From Bacteroidota bacterium (GTDB lineage Bacteria; Bacteroidota; Bacteroidia; NS11-12g; UBA955), in assembly GCA_030833525.1 (NCBI GenBank), contig JAURGZ010000004.1, positions 8,019-72,018 on the forward strand: a DNA stretch of 64,000 nt, given 5' to 3'. Below are positions 9,618-19,039 of the stretch, piece after piece. A program made the translations under genes and the position numbers. The notes beneath the pieces were generated by a model. It was given only the letters and a program-made list of their open reading frames with translations, was not told the DNA's origin and did not search any database. Every line of letters starts with the position of its first letter. Position 1 is the stretch's first letter.

Positions 9618-10964
9618 ATGACCCATAGAATTCGAATTACCAACGCCAAACTGGTCAACGAAGGCCAAATCATTGAAACTGAATTGCTGATTGAAAAGGG
9701 ACGAATCTTGCAGATAAGCCCTTCGGTTTCCATCAATGGCCAGGTTGAAACCGTTGATTTGAATGGCGATTGGTTAATGCCCGGAGTCATCGATGATCAA
9801 GTTCATTTTCGGGAACCCGGCTTGACCCACAAAGCTCAAATTTTCACAGAAAGTCGAGCGGCGTTGCGAGGAGGGGTGACTTCGTACATGGAAATGCCGA
9901 ATGTGGTTCCCCAGACCGTCGATTTGCAGCGTCTGGAAGAGAAATATGCCATAGGAGCCCGCGATTCGGCGGTCAATTATTCCTTTTATCTCGGGGCCAC
10001 CAATGAAAATACCGAAGAGGTCAAGCGTGTCTCAACCGAAGATGTTTGCGGTGTAAAGGTGTTCATGGGTAGTTCTACGGGTGATATGTTGGTTGATAAA
10101 CCGGCTGCATTGGCGTCTATCTTTGCCAATAGCCCCACTTTAGTGGCGGTGCACTGCGAGTGCGAACAGCGGGTGAAAGAACGCACACAAGGGGCTTTGC
10201 AGCAGTTTGGTCTAGAGATGCCCGCCGCTCAACATCCCATCATTCGTGATGATCTTGCTTGTTATTTGTCTTCTAGTCAGGCCGTTGAATTGGCTAAGCA
10301 ACACGGTACACGCCTGCACATTCTGCACCTCACCTCGGCCTTGGAATTGGATCTGTTTCGCAACGACATTCCCCTTCGGGATAAGCGCATTACGGCCGAA
10401 GTTTGTGTGCACCACCTGCATTTTTCTGATGCTGACTATGGGCGTTTGGGTTTTTTGATCAAATGCAACCCGGCCATCAAGAAAGAATCAGATCGACTGG
10501 CCTTGTGGAAAGCATTGTTGGATGATCGACTGGATGTCATAGCCACCGATCATGCGCCGCATACCTGGGAAGAGAAAAATACGCTCGACTATACCAAAGC
10601 TCCCAGCGGGTTGCCCCTGGTTCAACACAGTTTGTTGTTGATGTTGGAACATGCCCATCAGGGTAACATTGCCCTAACACGGGTGGTTGAAAAAATGTCC
10701 CATGCGGTGGCAGACTGTTACCGAATGGTGGATCGGGGTTATGTTCGAGAAGGGTACTGGGCTGACTTGGTTCAGGTAAGCGCTCAACCCTCTCAAGTGG
10801 CCAAGGCAGATTTGGAATACAAATGTGCTTGGTCACCTTTGGAAAACCAGCGATTTTCCCACAGCATCGAGCGGGTATGGATCAACGGTGAATTAGGATA
10901 TCGTTCAGGAGCGATAAACGACTCTGTAAGAGGCCAGCGCTTGAAGTTTGAAGCCCAACGTTAA
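9618..10964 (+). CDS. pyrC: Dihydroorotase (amidohydrolase family)
   Basis: PGVIDDQVHFREPG, EMPN, KVFMGSSTG, KCNP, IATDHAPH. Confidence 0.88.
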   Translation: MTHRIRITNAKLVNEGQIIETELLIEKGRILQISPSVSINGQVETVDLNGDWLMPGVIDDQVHFREPGLTHKAQIFTESRAALRGGVTSYMEMPNVVPQTVDLQRLEEKYAIGARDSAVNYSFYLGATNENTEEVKRVSTEDVCGVKVFMGSSTGDMLVDKPAALASIFANSPTLVAVHCECEQRVKERTQGALQQFGLEMPAAQHPIIRDDLACYLSSSQAVELAKQHGTRLHILHLTSALELDLFRNDIPLRDKRITAEVCVHHLHFSDADYGRLGFLIKCNPAIKKESDRLALWKALLDDRLDVIATDHAPHTWEEKNTLDYTKAPSGLPLVQHSLLLMLEHAHQGNIALTRVVEKMSHAVADCYRMVDRGYVREGYWADLVQVSAQPSQVAKADLEYKCAWSPLENQRFSHSIERVWINGELGYRSGAINDSVRGQRLKFEAQR

Positions 10965-10965
10965 A

Positions 10966-11889
10966 TCAGCGAAATAACGCGTTTCGCTTGGCGTAAAACG
11001 CTTTGATGGGTATCTCCACGTGATCAGAAGCATCGACCCATTGGTAATCGATGCCCATTTCTAGGCAAAGTTGTTCCCACTGTGCAATTTCAGTTTGCAA
11101 CTGCTGTCGATAAGCCTGTTGGAAGGATAGAGGGTTGAGCTTGATTTGCATCCCGGACTCCAAATCCACGAATCGAGTAGGGCGCGCGGTGGGTAAATTC
11201 AATTCTACCTCCATTTGTCCATGCTGTATGTGAAAAAGCACAACTTCACAGTGTTGGTGCCTGAGTTGGCCTAAAGCTTGGATGAATTGCTCTCGTTCTT
11301 GAGGTTGACTGGGGTCAAATTCCAAGTCAGAGCTAATCACCACCAAGGAGCGTCTGCCGCTCTGCTGCACCAATTCAGCCCAATTCAGAGGCCTAAAATG
11401 CGAGGCTACCGCAGGAGTCGGGGTCCATGAGTTCCAATATGTTTCAAGCAAGCCCATGAGCTTATGCCTGTGTTGGGCACTGGATCGAACATCGCTGATG
11501 GACATGTCTGATTGCCTCCACTCCACCAATCCAACCCCATCTCGGCCTTTTTGCAGGGCATGGGTAAGGCAGGCGTTGAGGAAAACAGAAAACCGAACCT
11601 TGGCCGCCTCTTTCTCAGGAAAATACATGCTGGGTGAAACATCCATCCAGAGCAAAGCTTTGAGGTTGGTTTCAGCATTGTAAACCTTGATGTACGGCTT
11701 TTCGGTTCGGGCCAAAAGCTTCCAGTCCAAATGCCGTATGCTTTCACCGGGAGAATAAGACTTGTGTTGGGCAAACTCAACCGAATATCCATGAAACGGG
11801 CTGTGGTAACGGCCAACAGAAGGACCCGACATGGCTTCTTTGACAAGCAATTCCAAGTCTTCGTAACCCGATACGTCTTCCAGTTTCAC
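10966..11889 (-). CDS. DUF58 domain protein (vWA-like, MoxR-associated family)
   Basis: G.YHSPFHGYSVEFAQHKSY.PGE.IRH.DWK..ART, DVSPSM, VVISSD. Confidence 0.88.
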   Translation of the reverse strand: MKLEDVSGYEDLELLVKEAMSGPSVGRYHSPFHGYSVEFAQHKSYSPGESIRHLDWKLLARTEKPYIKVYNAETNLKALLWMDVSPSMYFPEKEAAKVRFSVFLNACLTHALQKGRDGVGLVEWRQSDMSISDVRSSAQHRHKLMGLLETYWNSWTPTPAVASHFRPLNWAELVQQSGRRSLVVISSDLEFDPSQPQEREQFIQALGQLRHQHCEVVLFHIQHGQMEVELNLPTARPTRFVDLESGMQIKLNPLSFQQAYRQQLQTEIAQWEQLCLEMGIDYQWVDASDHVEIPIKAFYAKRNALFR

Positions 11890-11903
11890 AGGGGCAAATT
11901 CAT

Positions 11904-11933
11904 AAAAAAAGCCGGAACAATGCCCGGCTTTTT
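11904..11933 (-). terminator. Intrinsic terminator downstream of trxA
   Basis: AAAAAAAGCCGG-aacaatgc-CCGGCTTTTT inverted repeat. On the minus strand the stem is followed by a U7 tract. Confidence 0.75.
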
Positions 11934-11949
11934 GCGATTTTTTTCAGTA

Positions 11950-12270
11950 TTAACCCAATTGGGCTTCGATCTTGCTGGTGATGGCGGGCTTGGGAACAGC
12001 GCCTACGATTTTATCGACCACTTCACCACCTTTGAAAATCAACAAGGTAGGGATGGAGCGAACACCGTAATTACCGGCAATCTCAGGGTTTTCGTCTACG
12101 TTGAGCTTTCCAATTACGGCTTTGCCCTCGTATTCATTTGCTATTTCTTCAACAACAGGACCGATCATGCGGCAAGGACCGCACCATTCTGCCCAAAAAT
12201 CAACCAAAACGGGCTTGTCTGAATTCAGAACGGTCTCCGTAAAATTGCTGCTTGTGAAAGTATGTGCCAT
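11950..12270 (-). CDS. trxA: Thioredoxin
   Basis: [18 protein letters not shown]. Confidence 0.97.
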   Translation of the reverse strand: MAHTFTSSNFTETVLNSDKPVLVDFWAEWCGPCRMIGPVVEEIANEYEGKAVIGKLNVDENPEIAGNYGVRSIPTLLIFKGGEVVDKIVGAVPKPAITSKIEAQLG

Positions 12271-12277
12271 AGTGGTT

Positions 12278-12285
12278 CAAAGGTA
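12278..12285 (-). promoter_or_regulatory. -7 promoter element (TACCTTTG) for trxA
   Basis: Exact TAnnTTTG match on the minus strand, 7 nt upstream of the ATG. Confidence 0.7.
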
Positions 12286-12302
12286 CAACAAACCGCCATA
12301 AT

Positions 12303-13073
12303 CTACTGTGACTTTGGTCTCATTTTCGCTTCAATACCCAATCCAAAAAGTGCATAATCATATCGCACAGGATCCTGAGGGTTGAGCTTTTTTAATTGGA
12401 GGGTCAGCTCCTCACAGGCTTTCCAATCACTCTGCTTTCGATTCAATAAGCCCAGTTGTTGGGCGCTTCGTTGCACATGCACATCCAAGGGTATGTGCAA
12501 GTGGGCCATCGAAATGTTGCGCCACAGCCCAAAATCCACTCCTGCATCGTCTCGGCGAACCATCCATCGTAAAAACATGTTCAACCGCTTGCAGGCGCTG
12601 CCCGACTGGGGGTTGGCTATGTGTTTTTGGGTACGAAAGCTGGGCTGAATTTGGGATTGATAGACCCGTTGGTGAAACGCAGTTAAACTGGACTTTGCCT
12701 CGAATTGACCCTCCACGAGAAAGGCCGTTTCCAGGCTCTTGTGCCGTTGGTAATGAAATCGTAAAAAGCCTATTAAATGATTGAGATCAGTACTGTTGAA
12801 GGTTCTGTGGACGAAATTCAACTCCCTGTCATTTGCATTCATGACAAACGAATACGGCTCCCTGTCAAACAACTGCATCAATCGATCGGCGCTTCGAATG
12901 ATGCTCACACGCGAGCCCCAGGCCAGCAAAGCCGCAAACAATCCTGCAATCTCAATGTCTTGTTGCAATCGAAACTGATGCGGTATTTGAATGGGGTCAT
13001 CGGCGATGAATTCCCAGCGGTTGTGTCGTAAAACACCACCCTCCAAGATGTCGTAGAGCTCCTGCTGGGTCAT
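12303..13073 (-). CDS. TIGR02757 family protein (HhH-like, putative DNA repair)
   Basis: DPIQIPH, AWG.R..II, SACKRLNMFLRWMVR, PLDVH, DPVRYDYALFG. ATG overlaps the upstream stop (TGATG). Confidence 0.88.
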   Translation of the reverse strand: MTQQELYDILEGGVLRHNRWEFIADDPIQIPHQFRLQQDIEIAGLFAALLAWGSRVSIIRSADRLMQLFDREPYSFVMNANDRELNFVHRTFNSTDLNHLIGFLRFHYQRHKSLETAFLVEGQFEAKSSLTAFHQRVYQSQIQPSFRTQKHIANPQSGSACKRLNMFLRWMVRRDDAGVDFGLWRNISMAHLHIPLDVHVQRSAQQLGLLNRKQSDWKACEELTLQLKKLNPQDPVRYDYALFGLGIEAKMRPKSQ

Positions 13074-14227
13074 CAAGCCTTATCCAAGGCTTGAGCCAGA
13101 TCCTGTATCAAATCGTCGATGTGTTCAATGCCCACACTGAGGCGAATCAAGCTGTCTTTGAGTCCATTGGCCATGCGCTGTTCACGGGGAATGCTCGCGT
13201 GGGTCATGGTAGCGGGATGCCCAATCAAACTCTCTACGCCGCCCAAGCTCTCAGCCAAGGCAAAATAGTGTGTGCTTTTTAGAACGGTTACCGCTTTGTT
13301 CAAGTCGTCATCTTTCAAAGTGAAGCTGATCATGCCGCCGAAGTCATGCATCTGTTTCTTCGCCACCTCGTGATTGGGGTGAGAGGGGAATCCAGGCCAA
13401 TGCACTTCACCCACCTTGGGATGCTGCGCCAAAAATTCAGCTACGGCTTTGCCGTTTTCACAGTGGCGCTGCATGCGTATATGCAAGGTTTTGATGCCTC
13501 TCAATACCAAGAAACAATCTTGTGGACCCGGTGTAGCTCCACAGGTGTTTTGCAAAAAGGCCAGACGCTCATGCAATTCAGGTGAATCGGTAATCAATAC
13601 GCCCATCACCACATCGCTGTGCCCATTGATGTACTTCGTGGCCGAATGCATGATCAAATCAGCACCCCAGTCCAGGGGGTTCTGCAAGTAGGGAGAACAA
13701 AAGGTATTGTCGACCACTACAATGGCATTCTGCTCATGGCCAAGGGCTGAGATCGTCTCAATGTCAATGATGCGCAACAAGGGGTTGGTCGGAGTCTCTA
13801 TCCATACCATTTTGGTGTTGGCATTCATCTTGGACTTTACCTCATCGGGATTGGACATGTTTACAAAGTGAAACCGAATGCCAAGGGGCTCGAACACCTT
13901 GGTAAAAATGCGGTAGGTCCCACCGTATAAATCGTTGGTAGCGATTACCTCATCACCCGGTTTGAGCAATTTGATGCAAGCGTCAACCGCACCCATGCCG
14001 GTCGAAAAGCATAGACCGAATCGGGCCTTTTCCAAAGCAGCCAAGTTGTTTTGCAAGGCATGGCGGGTGGGGTTTTGCGTTCTGGCATACTCATAGCCTT
14101 TGTGATCGCCAGGACCGGCCTGCACATAAGTGCTGGTTTGGTAAATGGGCGTCATAATGGCCCCGGTGCTGGGGTCAGGCTCGATTCCTGCATGCAGGAC
14201 CTTGGTTTCAATGTGTTTCGATGACAT
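13073..14227 (-). CDS. Cystathionine gamma-lyase/synthase (Cys/Met PLP enzyme)
   Basis: PIYQTSTY, YARTQNPT, ETPTNP, VDNTF, HSATKYINGHSD, AESLGGVESL, RLSVGIE. Confidence 0.92.
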   Translation of the reverse strand: MSSKHIETKVLHAGIEPDPSTGAIMTPIYQTSTYVQAGPGDHKGYEYARTQNPTRHALQNNLAALEKARFGLCFSTGMGAVDACIKLLKPGDEVIATNDLYGGTYRIFTKVFEPLGIRFHFVNMSNPDEVKSKMNANTKMVWIETPTNPLLRIIDIETISALGHEQNAIVVVDNTFCSPYLQNPLDWGADLIMHSATKYINGHSDVVMGVLITDSPELHERLAFLQNTCGATPGPQDCFLVLRGIKTLHIRMQRHCENGKAVAEFLAQHPKVGEVHWPGFPSHPNHEVAKKQMHDFGGMISFTLKDDDLNKAVTVLKSTHYFALAESLGGVESLIGHPATMTHASIPREQRMANGLKDSLIRLSVGIEHIDDLIQDLAQALDKA

Positions 14228-14231
14228 GGTC

Positions 14232-14801
14232 TTATTCAGATATGGTTTGCAGAACCGAGCTCAATATTTTGGGAAAATGCTCGTGTTCCAATTCGTGAAT
14301 TTTGTTAGCTAAGCTCAATGCAGTCTCATCAGGGTCTATGGCGCATGAAAACTGTGCAATGACTGCTCCTTCGTCATAAGCTTCATTGACCCAGTGAAAC
14401 GTAATCCCACTTTGGCTTTCTTTAGCGCTCAGTACCGCCTGGTGAACGTGATGACCAAACATGCCTTTGCCTCCAAATTTGGGGAGCAGAGCAGGGTGCA
14501 AGTTGATCGTCTTGAATTCGGTTAATATGTGCGCAGGGATGCGGCGAAGGAACCCAGCCAAAACTAGCAGTTGAGGTTGGTCTTGATGCAAATATTGCAA
14601 CACTTTGCCTTCAGGGTTTAAGTCGCCATTTTCAAACAGGCGAACGGGAACTCCCCATTTTTGACAGCGGTCAATGACGCCTGCTTGGGCATTGTTGCAA
14701 TATACTGCACTTACATGGACCTGATCAGGGTGCAGGGTGGCGATGATGTTTTCAGCATTGCTGCCACTGCCTGAGGCGAAAATGACGATGGATTTGGGCA
14801 T
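14232..14801 (-). CDS. purN: Phosphoribosylglycinamide formyltransferase
   Basis: FASGSGSN, LAGF, INLHPALLP, SGITFH.V...YDEG. Confidence 0.93.
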   Translation of the reverse strand: MPKSIVIFASGSGSNAENIIATLHPDQVHVSAVYCNNAQAGVIDRCQKWGVPVRLFENGDLNPEGKVLQYLHQDQPQLLVLAGFLRRIPAHILTEFKTINLHPALLPKFGGKGMFGHHVHQAVLSAKESQSGITFHWVNEAYDEGAVIAQFSCAIDPDETALSLANKIHELEHEHFPKILSSVLQTISE

Positions 14802-15998
14802 TTAGGGTCGAATTATCAATCGCTGTCCCACGCGAATCACATCGTTGTGCAAGTGGTTCCATTGCTTAATTTGAGCGACACTTACACCGTATTTGCGCGA
14901 TATGGAGCTCAGGGTCTGCCCAGAGCTCACCGTATGGTATTTGGCAATGGGCTTGGGAGTTTGAACGTTTTGAACCGTTTGAACGTCTGTGCTTGGAACC
15001 CATTGCGCATAGGCACAGGTGCTGTCCCAGCTTTCACACAGGTGCATGCTCAATTGATAGGGCATAATTAAACTCGAAGTATTGGCCTGTGGAGTATGAG
15101 CACCCAAAAGGTGGCGATTCAGAGCCAATAATTCTTCTGATTCGGCGCCGAGATATCCGGCTACTTTGGGAAGATACAAGGCCTGCTCAGTGGCAGTGCT
15201 AACCAGCACCTCACTGCGTTGGCTCAATGCGTGGTTCGAACGCTCGGTGAAATTCAATACGTAGGCTACGGCGATGAACTTGGGCACATAGCTTTGGGTT
15301 TCTTTGGGTAAATAGGGAGAAATTTCCCAGAAATTCGTTTTGCCACCGCTATAGCGAATCGCTTTCTTGACATTGCCAGCGCCGCAATTGTAGGAGGCAA
15401 TGCTCATGAGCCAATCGTTGAACAAGCTTTGAGACTGCTCGAAATAAGTACAAGCTGTTTCGGTGGCTTCAATGATGCTTTTTCGGTGATCAATTTGCCC
15501 ATCAATCTGCATGCCCATGCTTTTGCCGGTGTAGGGCATGAATTGCCACAGGCCAGTTGCGCCGCACCAAGAAACCGCATTGGGGTTCAAATTGCTCTCA
15601 ATGATGCTGACGTATTTCAAATCGGTGGGCAAACCGTGTCGATCGAGAATGGTTTCGAAAATGGGAAAGTACAAAGCCATTCTTTGGTGAATGTTTTCCC
15701 AGTACTCATCTCCCAAGCGGCTGTAAAAATCAATGTATTTCTGAACGCTTTGCTGATACTCGTACGGAATGCTACTGGACAACCATTCCATGCGCTGTGC
15801 GAAGGGAATCTCAGCTTGATCGCTGATATCACGGCTAGCAAAATGCGGTGAATGCGAGGGGATTTCTTCGAGCAATTGCAGAGTGAGGCTGTCGATTCGA
15901 GTGAGGCTGTTTACCGTGTATGAAGGTGGAAGAGGAGCTTGCCCCCAAGCGGGAAATGCAAGCAAGCCCATGACCAAACCCAATGCCCTCAATTTCAT
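14802..15998 (-). CDS. MltD-like lytic transglycosylase with C-terminal LysM
   Basis: IIES.LNP.A.S, GATGLWQFMP.TG, ASYNCG, PKET..YVPK, LysM YHTVSSGQTLSSISRKYG. Confidence 0.9.
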   Translation of the reverse strand: MKLRALGLVMGLLAFPAWGQAPLPPSYTVNSLTRIDSLTLQLLEEIPSHSPHFASRDISDQAEIPFAQRMEWLSSSIPYEYQQSVQKYIDFYSRLGDEYWENIHQRMALYFPIFETILDRHGLPTDLKYVSIIESNLNPNAVSWCGATGLWQFMPYTGKSMGMQIDGQIDHRKSIIEATETACTYFEQSQSLFNDWLMSIASYNCGAGNVKKAIRYSGGKTNFWEISPYLPKETQSYVPKFIAVAYVLNFTERSNHALSQRSEVLVSTATEQALYLPKVAGYLGAESEELLALNRHLLGAHTPQANTSSLIMPYQLSMHLCESWDSTCAYAQWVPSTDVQTVQNVQTPKPIAKYHTVSSGQTLSSISRKYGVSVAQIKQWNHLHNDVIRVGQRLIIRP

Positions 15999-16080
15999 CA
16001 GTCTCTTTTCTTAGCAAAAACAATGCCTTTTTGCTCTGTTCTTCAAAGATTTAACCATGAGGGGCTAAAGTCCAAAATCT

Positions 16081-16088
16081 TATATTTG
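16081..16088 (+). promoter_or_regulatory. -7 promoter element (TATATTTG) upstream of the ald-like gene
   Basis: Exact TAnnTTTG match about 75 nt before ATG 16163. A second, imperfect element AACTTTTG lies at 16151-16158. Confidence 0.55.
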
Positions 16089-16162
16089 TATTTCACCACA
16101 GTCAATGTGCATTACTTAGGTAACAAACTGTCTGTAAGTGAAATGAAAAGAACTTTTGTACC

Positions 16163-17371
16163 ATGAATTCTCCTTTGATGCCCTCCCAAGCAGCCTTGCA
16201 ACCCCAAGAAAAACGGAGCCCCGTTCAAGAAATGACTGCCGGCATGAGTTTGGGATTGCCCAAAGAAACCACTTTGCAAGAGAAGCGCATCGCCTTGGCC
16301 CCCTCGGCTGTGCGTTTTTTTACCGACAACGGCATACGGGTCATCATGGAAGCAGGAGCTGGCGATCACGCTCGTTTTTCAGATCGTCAATTTTCTGAAG
16401 CAGGTGCCGAAATCACTTCTGACAAGAAGTCGGTTTTTACCTGTGACACCTTGCTGAAAGTTGATTTTCCTACTCAGGCTGAAATTGATCTCATGAACAG
16501 TGGGCAATTGCTGATTTCGGCTTTGCAATGGAATCAACTCGATGGGGCTTTGATCAAATCGCTGCAAGACAAGAAGGTAAATGCCATGGCTTACGAATTC
16601 CTGGAAGATGAATCGGGGGCCAAACCCATCATTCGCGCCATGAGTGAAATGGCGGGGCGGGCTTCGGTTATGATTGCCAGCGAAATGCTCAACTCTCAAA
16701 ACGGGGGCAAAGGGGAATTGCTCGGCGGATTACCCGGTATCCCACCTACCCAAGTGGTGGTTTTGGGGGCTGGTGCCGTAGGAGAGTACGCAACCAAAAC
16801 AGCCCTGGGATTGGGTGCCAACGTTTACCTATTTGACAACAATCCCTATCGCCTGCGCCGCATTCACAGTGCGGTAGGGCAATCGATTTTTTCCAGTACG
16901 CTGCATCCGCAAGCGCTGAAAAAGGCCATACAGTCTGCCGATGTGGTCATTGGAGCCCTGGCAGGGAAAGATTCGCGTTCACCCATGGTCGTCAGCGAGG
17001 AGATGGTCATGTCCATGAAAGAAGGAAGTGTCATTGTCGATGTGGCCATTGACAAAGGCGGCAACTTCGAAACCAGCGAATCGCGCAATCACAACAACCC
17101 GGTTTATGAAAAACACGGGGTCCTGCATTATTGCGTTCCCAATATGGGCAGTCGTTACAGCCGCACGGCATCGTATTCCTTGAGCAATGTGCTGGCACCC
17201 ATGCTCGATGACATGCACAAAGAAGGGGGATTCAGCCACTTGTTGAGATCCAGGGCGAGCGTTCGAAAAGGCACCTATTTGTACCGTGGCAACGTGACCC
17301 ACAAGCAATTGGCTGACCGTTTTGGGTTTCGCTATTCTGATTTAGACCTGCTGGTCGGTTTATACATGTAA
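16163..17371 (+). CDS. ald: Alanine dehydrogenase-like protein (AlaDh/PNT family)
   Basis: GLPKE..QEKRIAL.P, MSEMAGR, GAGAVG Rossmann motif, VDVAIDKGG.FETS, HYCVPN. Catalytic positions appear substituted (see findings). Confidence 0.75.
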   Translation: MNSPLMPSQAALQPQEKRSPVQEMTAGMSLGLPKETTLQEKRIALAPSAVRFFTDNGIRVIMEAGAGDHARFSDRQFSEAGAEITSDKKSVFTCDTLLKVDFPTQAEIDLMNSGQLLISALQWNQLDGALIKSLQDKKVNAMAYEFLEDESGAKPIIRAMSEMAGRASVMIASEMLNSQNGGKGELLGGLPGIPPTQVVVLGAGAVGEYATKTALGLGANVYLFDNNPYRLRRIHSAVGQSIFSSTLHPQALKKAIQSADVVIGALAGKDSRSPMVVSEEMVMSMKEGSVIVDVAIDKGGNFETSESRNHNNPVYEKHGVLHYCVPNMGSRYSRTASYSLSNVLAPMLDDMHKEGGFSHLLRSRASVRKGTYLYRGNVTHKQLADRFGFRYSDLDLLVGLYM

Positions 17372-18445
17372 GTTCTTCAGGTGATGCTGGGTAAGGGCTA
17401 GCCCCATAGATTCCGTATGGCTCCTGATGCGCTCGTAATGCGTGTCGGTGATGAAGATTTGGGGGATTCGACCGTTGCTGACCCAAGCAATCAGCGCATC
17501 GGCCCTTTGCTTGTCAATTTTCTCGAAAATATCGTCTAAGAGCAACAGCGGAGTCTGCTGCGTGTGCTTCTGGAAATAGGCGAATTGGGCCAGTTTGATG
17601 GCGATGACAGCGCTCTTGATTTGACCCTGAGATCCCAATCGCTTCAAAGAATGTCCATTGAGTTCCATGATCCAATCGTCTTTGTGAATCCCCACCGTGC
17701 TGCGCGATGCACGCAAATCGTCAGCGTGAGCCATTCGCAAAAAATCCAAGTAGGAGCCCGTTCCGTTCCATTGGGTTTGGTATTGCCAGCTGAGGTGTTC
17801 GCTCTGCTCAAATAAATGGCCCCAAACTTCTTGAAGCAGGGGTAGGAACTCCTGAGAAAATTCCCTTCTCAATTGAGCCAAAATCGATCCAGGCCCTGCT
17901 AACTTCTCATCGTAGGCCTCCAGCAATAGCGGATCCAAGCGACGACCTTCGTTGGCCTTGAGCAAGGCATTGCGTGTATCCAAGGCTTTTTTGTACTGAC
18001 TCAGGGCTGTCAAATAAGCCGCTGATGTCTGACAAAGCGTGTAATCGACAAACCGACGGCGCTCTTCGCTGCCCTCATTCACCAAGGCGATGTCATAGGG
18101 AGTGATGAAAACGGTTTGCAAGAATCCAATGTGATCGACAAGGCGTTTGTATGCCTTTCCATTTCGCTTAATTGTTTTTTTGCGATTTGGGTCGAATTGA
18201 ATCAGAATGTCGATTTCGTTGTCCAGCCAGCCGTGAATGCTGAAAAATTCTGACCCGTGTTTCACCAATTGGCTGTCAATGGAATTGAAAAAACTCTTGC
18301 CATTGGACAAAAAGAAGAGAGCGTCTAACACATTGGTTTTACCGCTTCCATTGTCACCGGTGATCGCATTGATTCCCGGTTGGAATTCCAGGCGCAAATC
18401 TTCGTGGTTTTTGAATCCAAAAAGTTGCAGGGTTCGCAAGAGCAT
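17360..18445 (-). CDS. recF: DNA replication and repair protein RecF
   Basis: Walker A GDNGSGKTN, ERRRFVD, GIHKDD, GSQGQIKS, Walker B LLLDD. ATG 18445 lies 3 nt after TATTTTTG. Confidence 0.93.
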   Translation of the reverse strand: MLLRTLQLFGFKNHEDLRLEFQPGINAITGDNGSGKTNVLDALFFLSNGKSFFNSIDSQLVKHGSEFFSIHGWLDNEIDILIQFDPNRKKTIKRNGKAYKRLVDHIGFLQTVFITPYDIALVNEGSEERRRFVDYTLCQTSAAYLTALSQYKKALDTRNALLKANEGRRLDPLLLEAYDEKLAGPGSILAQLRREFSQEFLPLLQEVWGHLFEQSEHLSWQYQTQWNGTGSYLDFLRMAHADDLRASRSTVGIHKDDWIMELNGHSLKRLGSQGQIKSAVIAIKLAQFAYFQKHTQQTPLLLLDDIFEKIDKQRADALIAWVSNGRIPQIFITDTHYERIRSHTESMGLALTQHHLKNLHV

Positions 18446-18448
18446 GGG

Positions 18449-18456
18449 CAAAAATA
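18449..18456 (-). promoter_or_regulatory. -7 promoter element (TATTTTTG) for recF
   Basis: Exact TAnnTTTG match, 3 nt upstream of the ATG. Confidence 0.65.
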
Positions 18457-18531
18457 AAGCCTTGGGATAACTCGTGCATGACTTGTGGACAGGAAACTTG
18501 ATGCCCTGCTCTCAGTGGGCTAAACTTGTAG

Positions 18532-19038
18532 GTGATGCGCAGCCATTCATTCCCCCTCTTTGCCGCCTTATTGGCCGTGGTTTCCTGCCATTCAGGACCC
18601 CAAAGACCCGATCCCGAACCCTATGAATTCGATTGGGTGGGTTTCGATAGCCTAGCACAGCTCCAAGGGGCCATTGTAGACACTGAATACCGCCCCGATA
18701 GCAGTTTGTTTGGCAAACGCTATTACCTGGCCGACACGGCTAAAGTCATTCTTGAATTCAACCGGCAAGAGGAGCTTCAATCGATGCATTGGTTTAATGG
18801 GAAAGGTCAGGAACTTTGGCAGGAAAATTACTATCCCAGTGGGCAGCGCATGTCGCGTTTTTTAAAAGCCACCAATGCCGAAAATGGAACTTCCTATTTT
18901 CAGGGTTTGTACACATCGTACTACCTTGATGGCTCGGTGAAAGAGCGCGGCGAGTATCAGAACAATCAGTTGCTTTGGAATGTCCATTGGGAAACCGATG
19001 GCCGCCAAGGCGATACCCTCGTGTACGAATACCGCTAA
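18532..19038 (+). CDS. Hypothetical lipoprotein with MORN-variant-like repeats
   Basis: Lipobox-like LLAVVSC; YYPSGQ, G.YTSYYLDGSVKERGEY. Confidence 0.65.
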   Translation: MMRSHSFPLFAALLAVVSCHSGPQRPDPEPYEFDWVGFDSLAQLQGAIVDTEYRPDSSLFGKRYYLADTAKVILEFNRQEELQSMHWFNGKGQELWQENYYPSGQRMSRFLKATNAENGTSYFQGLYTSYYLDGSVKERGEYQNNQLLWNVHWETDGRQGDTLVYEYR

Positions 19039-19039
19039 A

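Noticed and set aside
18460..18495. DnaA-box-like words (TTGGGATAA, TGTGGACAG) upstream of recF
   Set aside because: Each has two mismatches to TGTGGATAA, the spacer is short and there is no AT-rich unwinding element, which is insufficient for oriC or a DnaA site.
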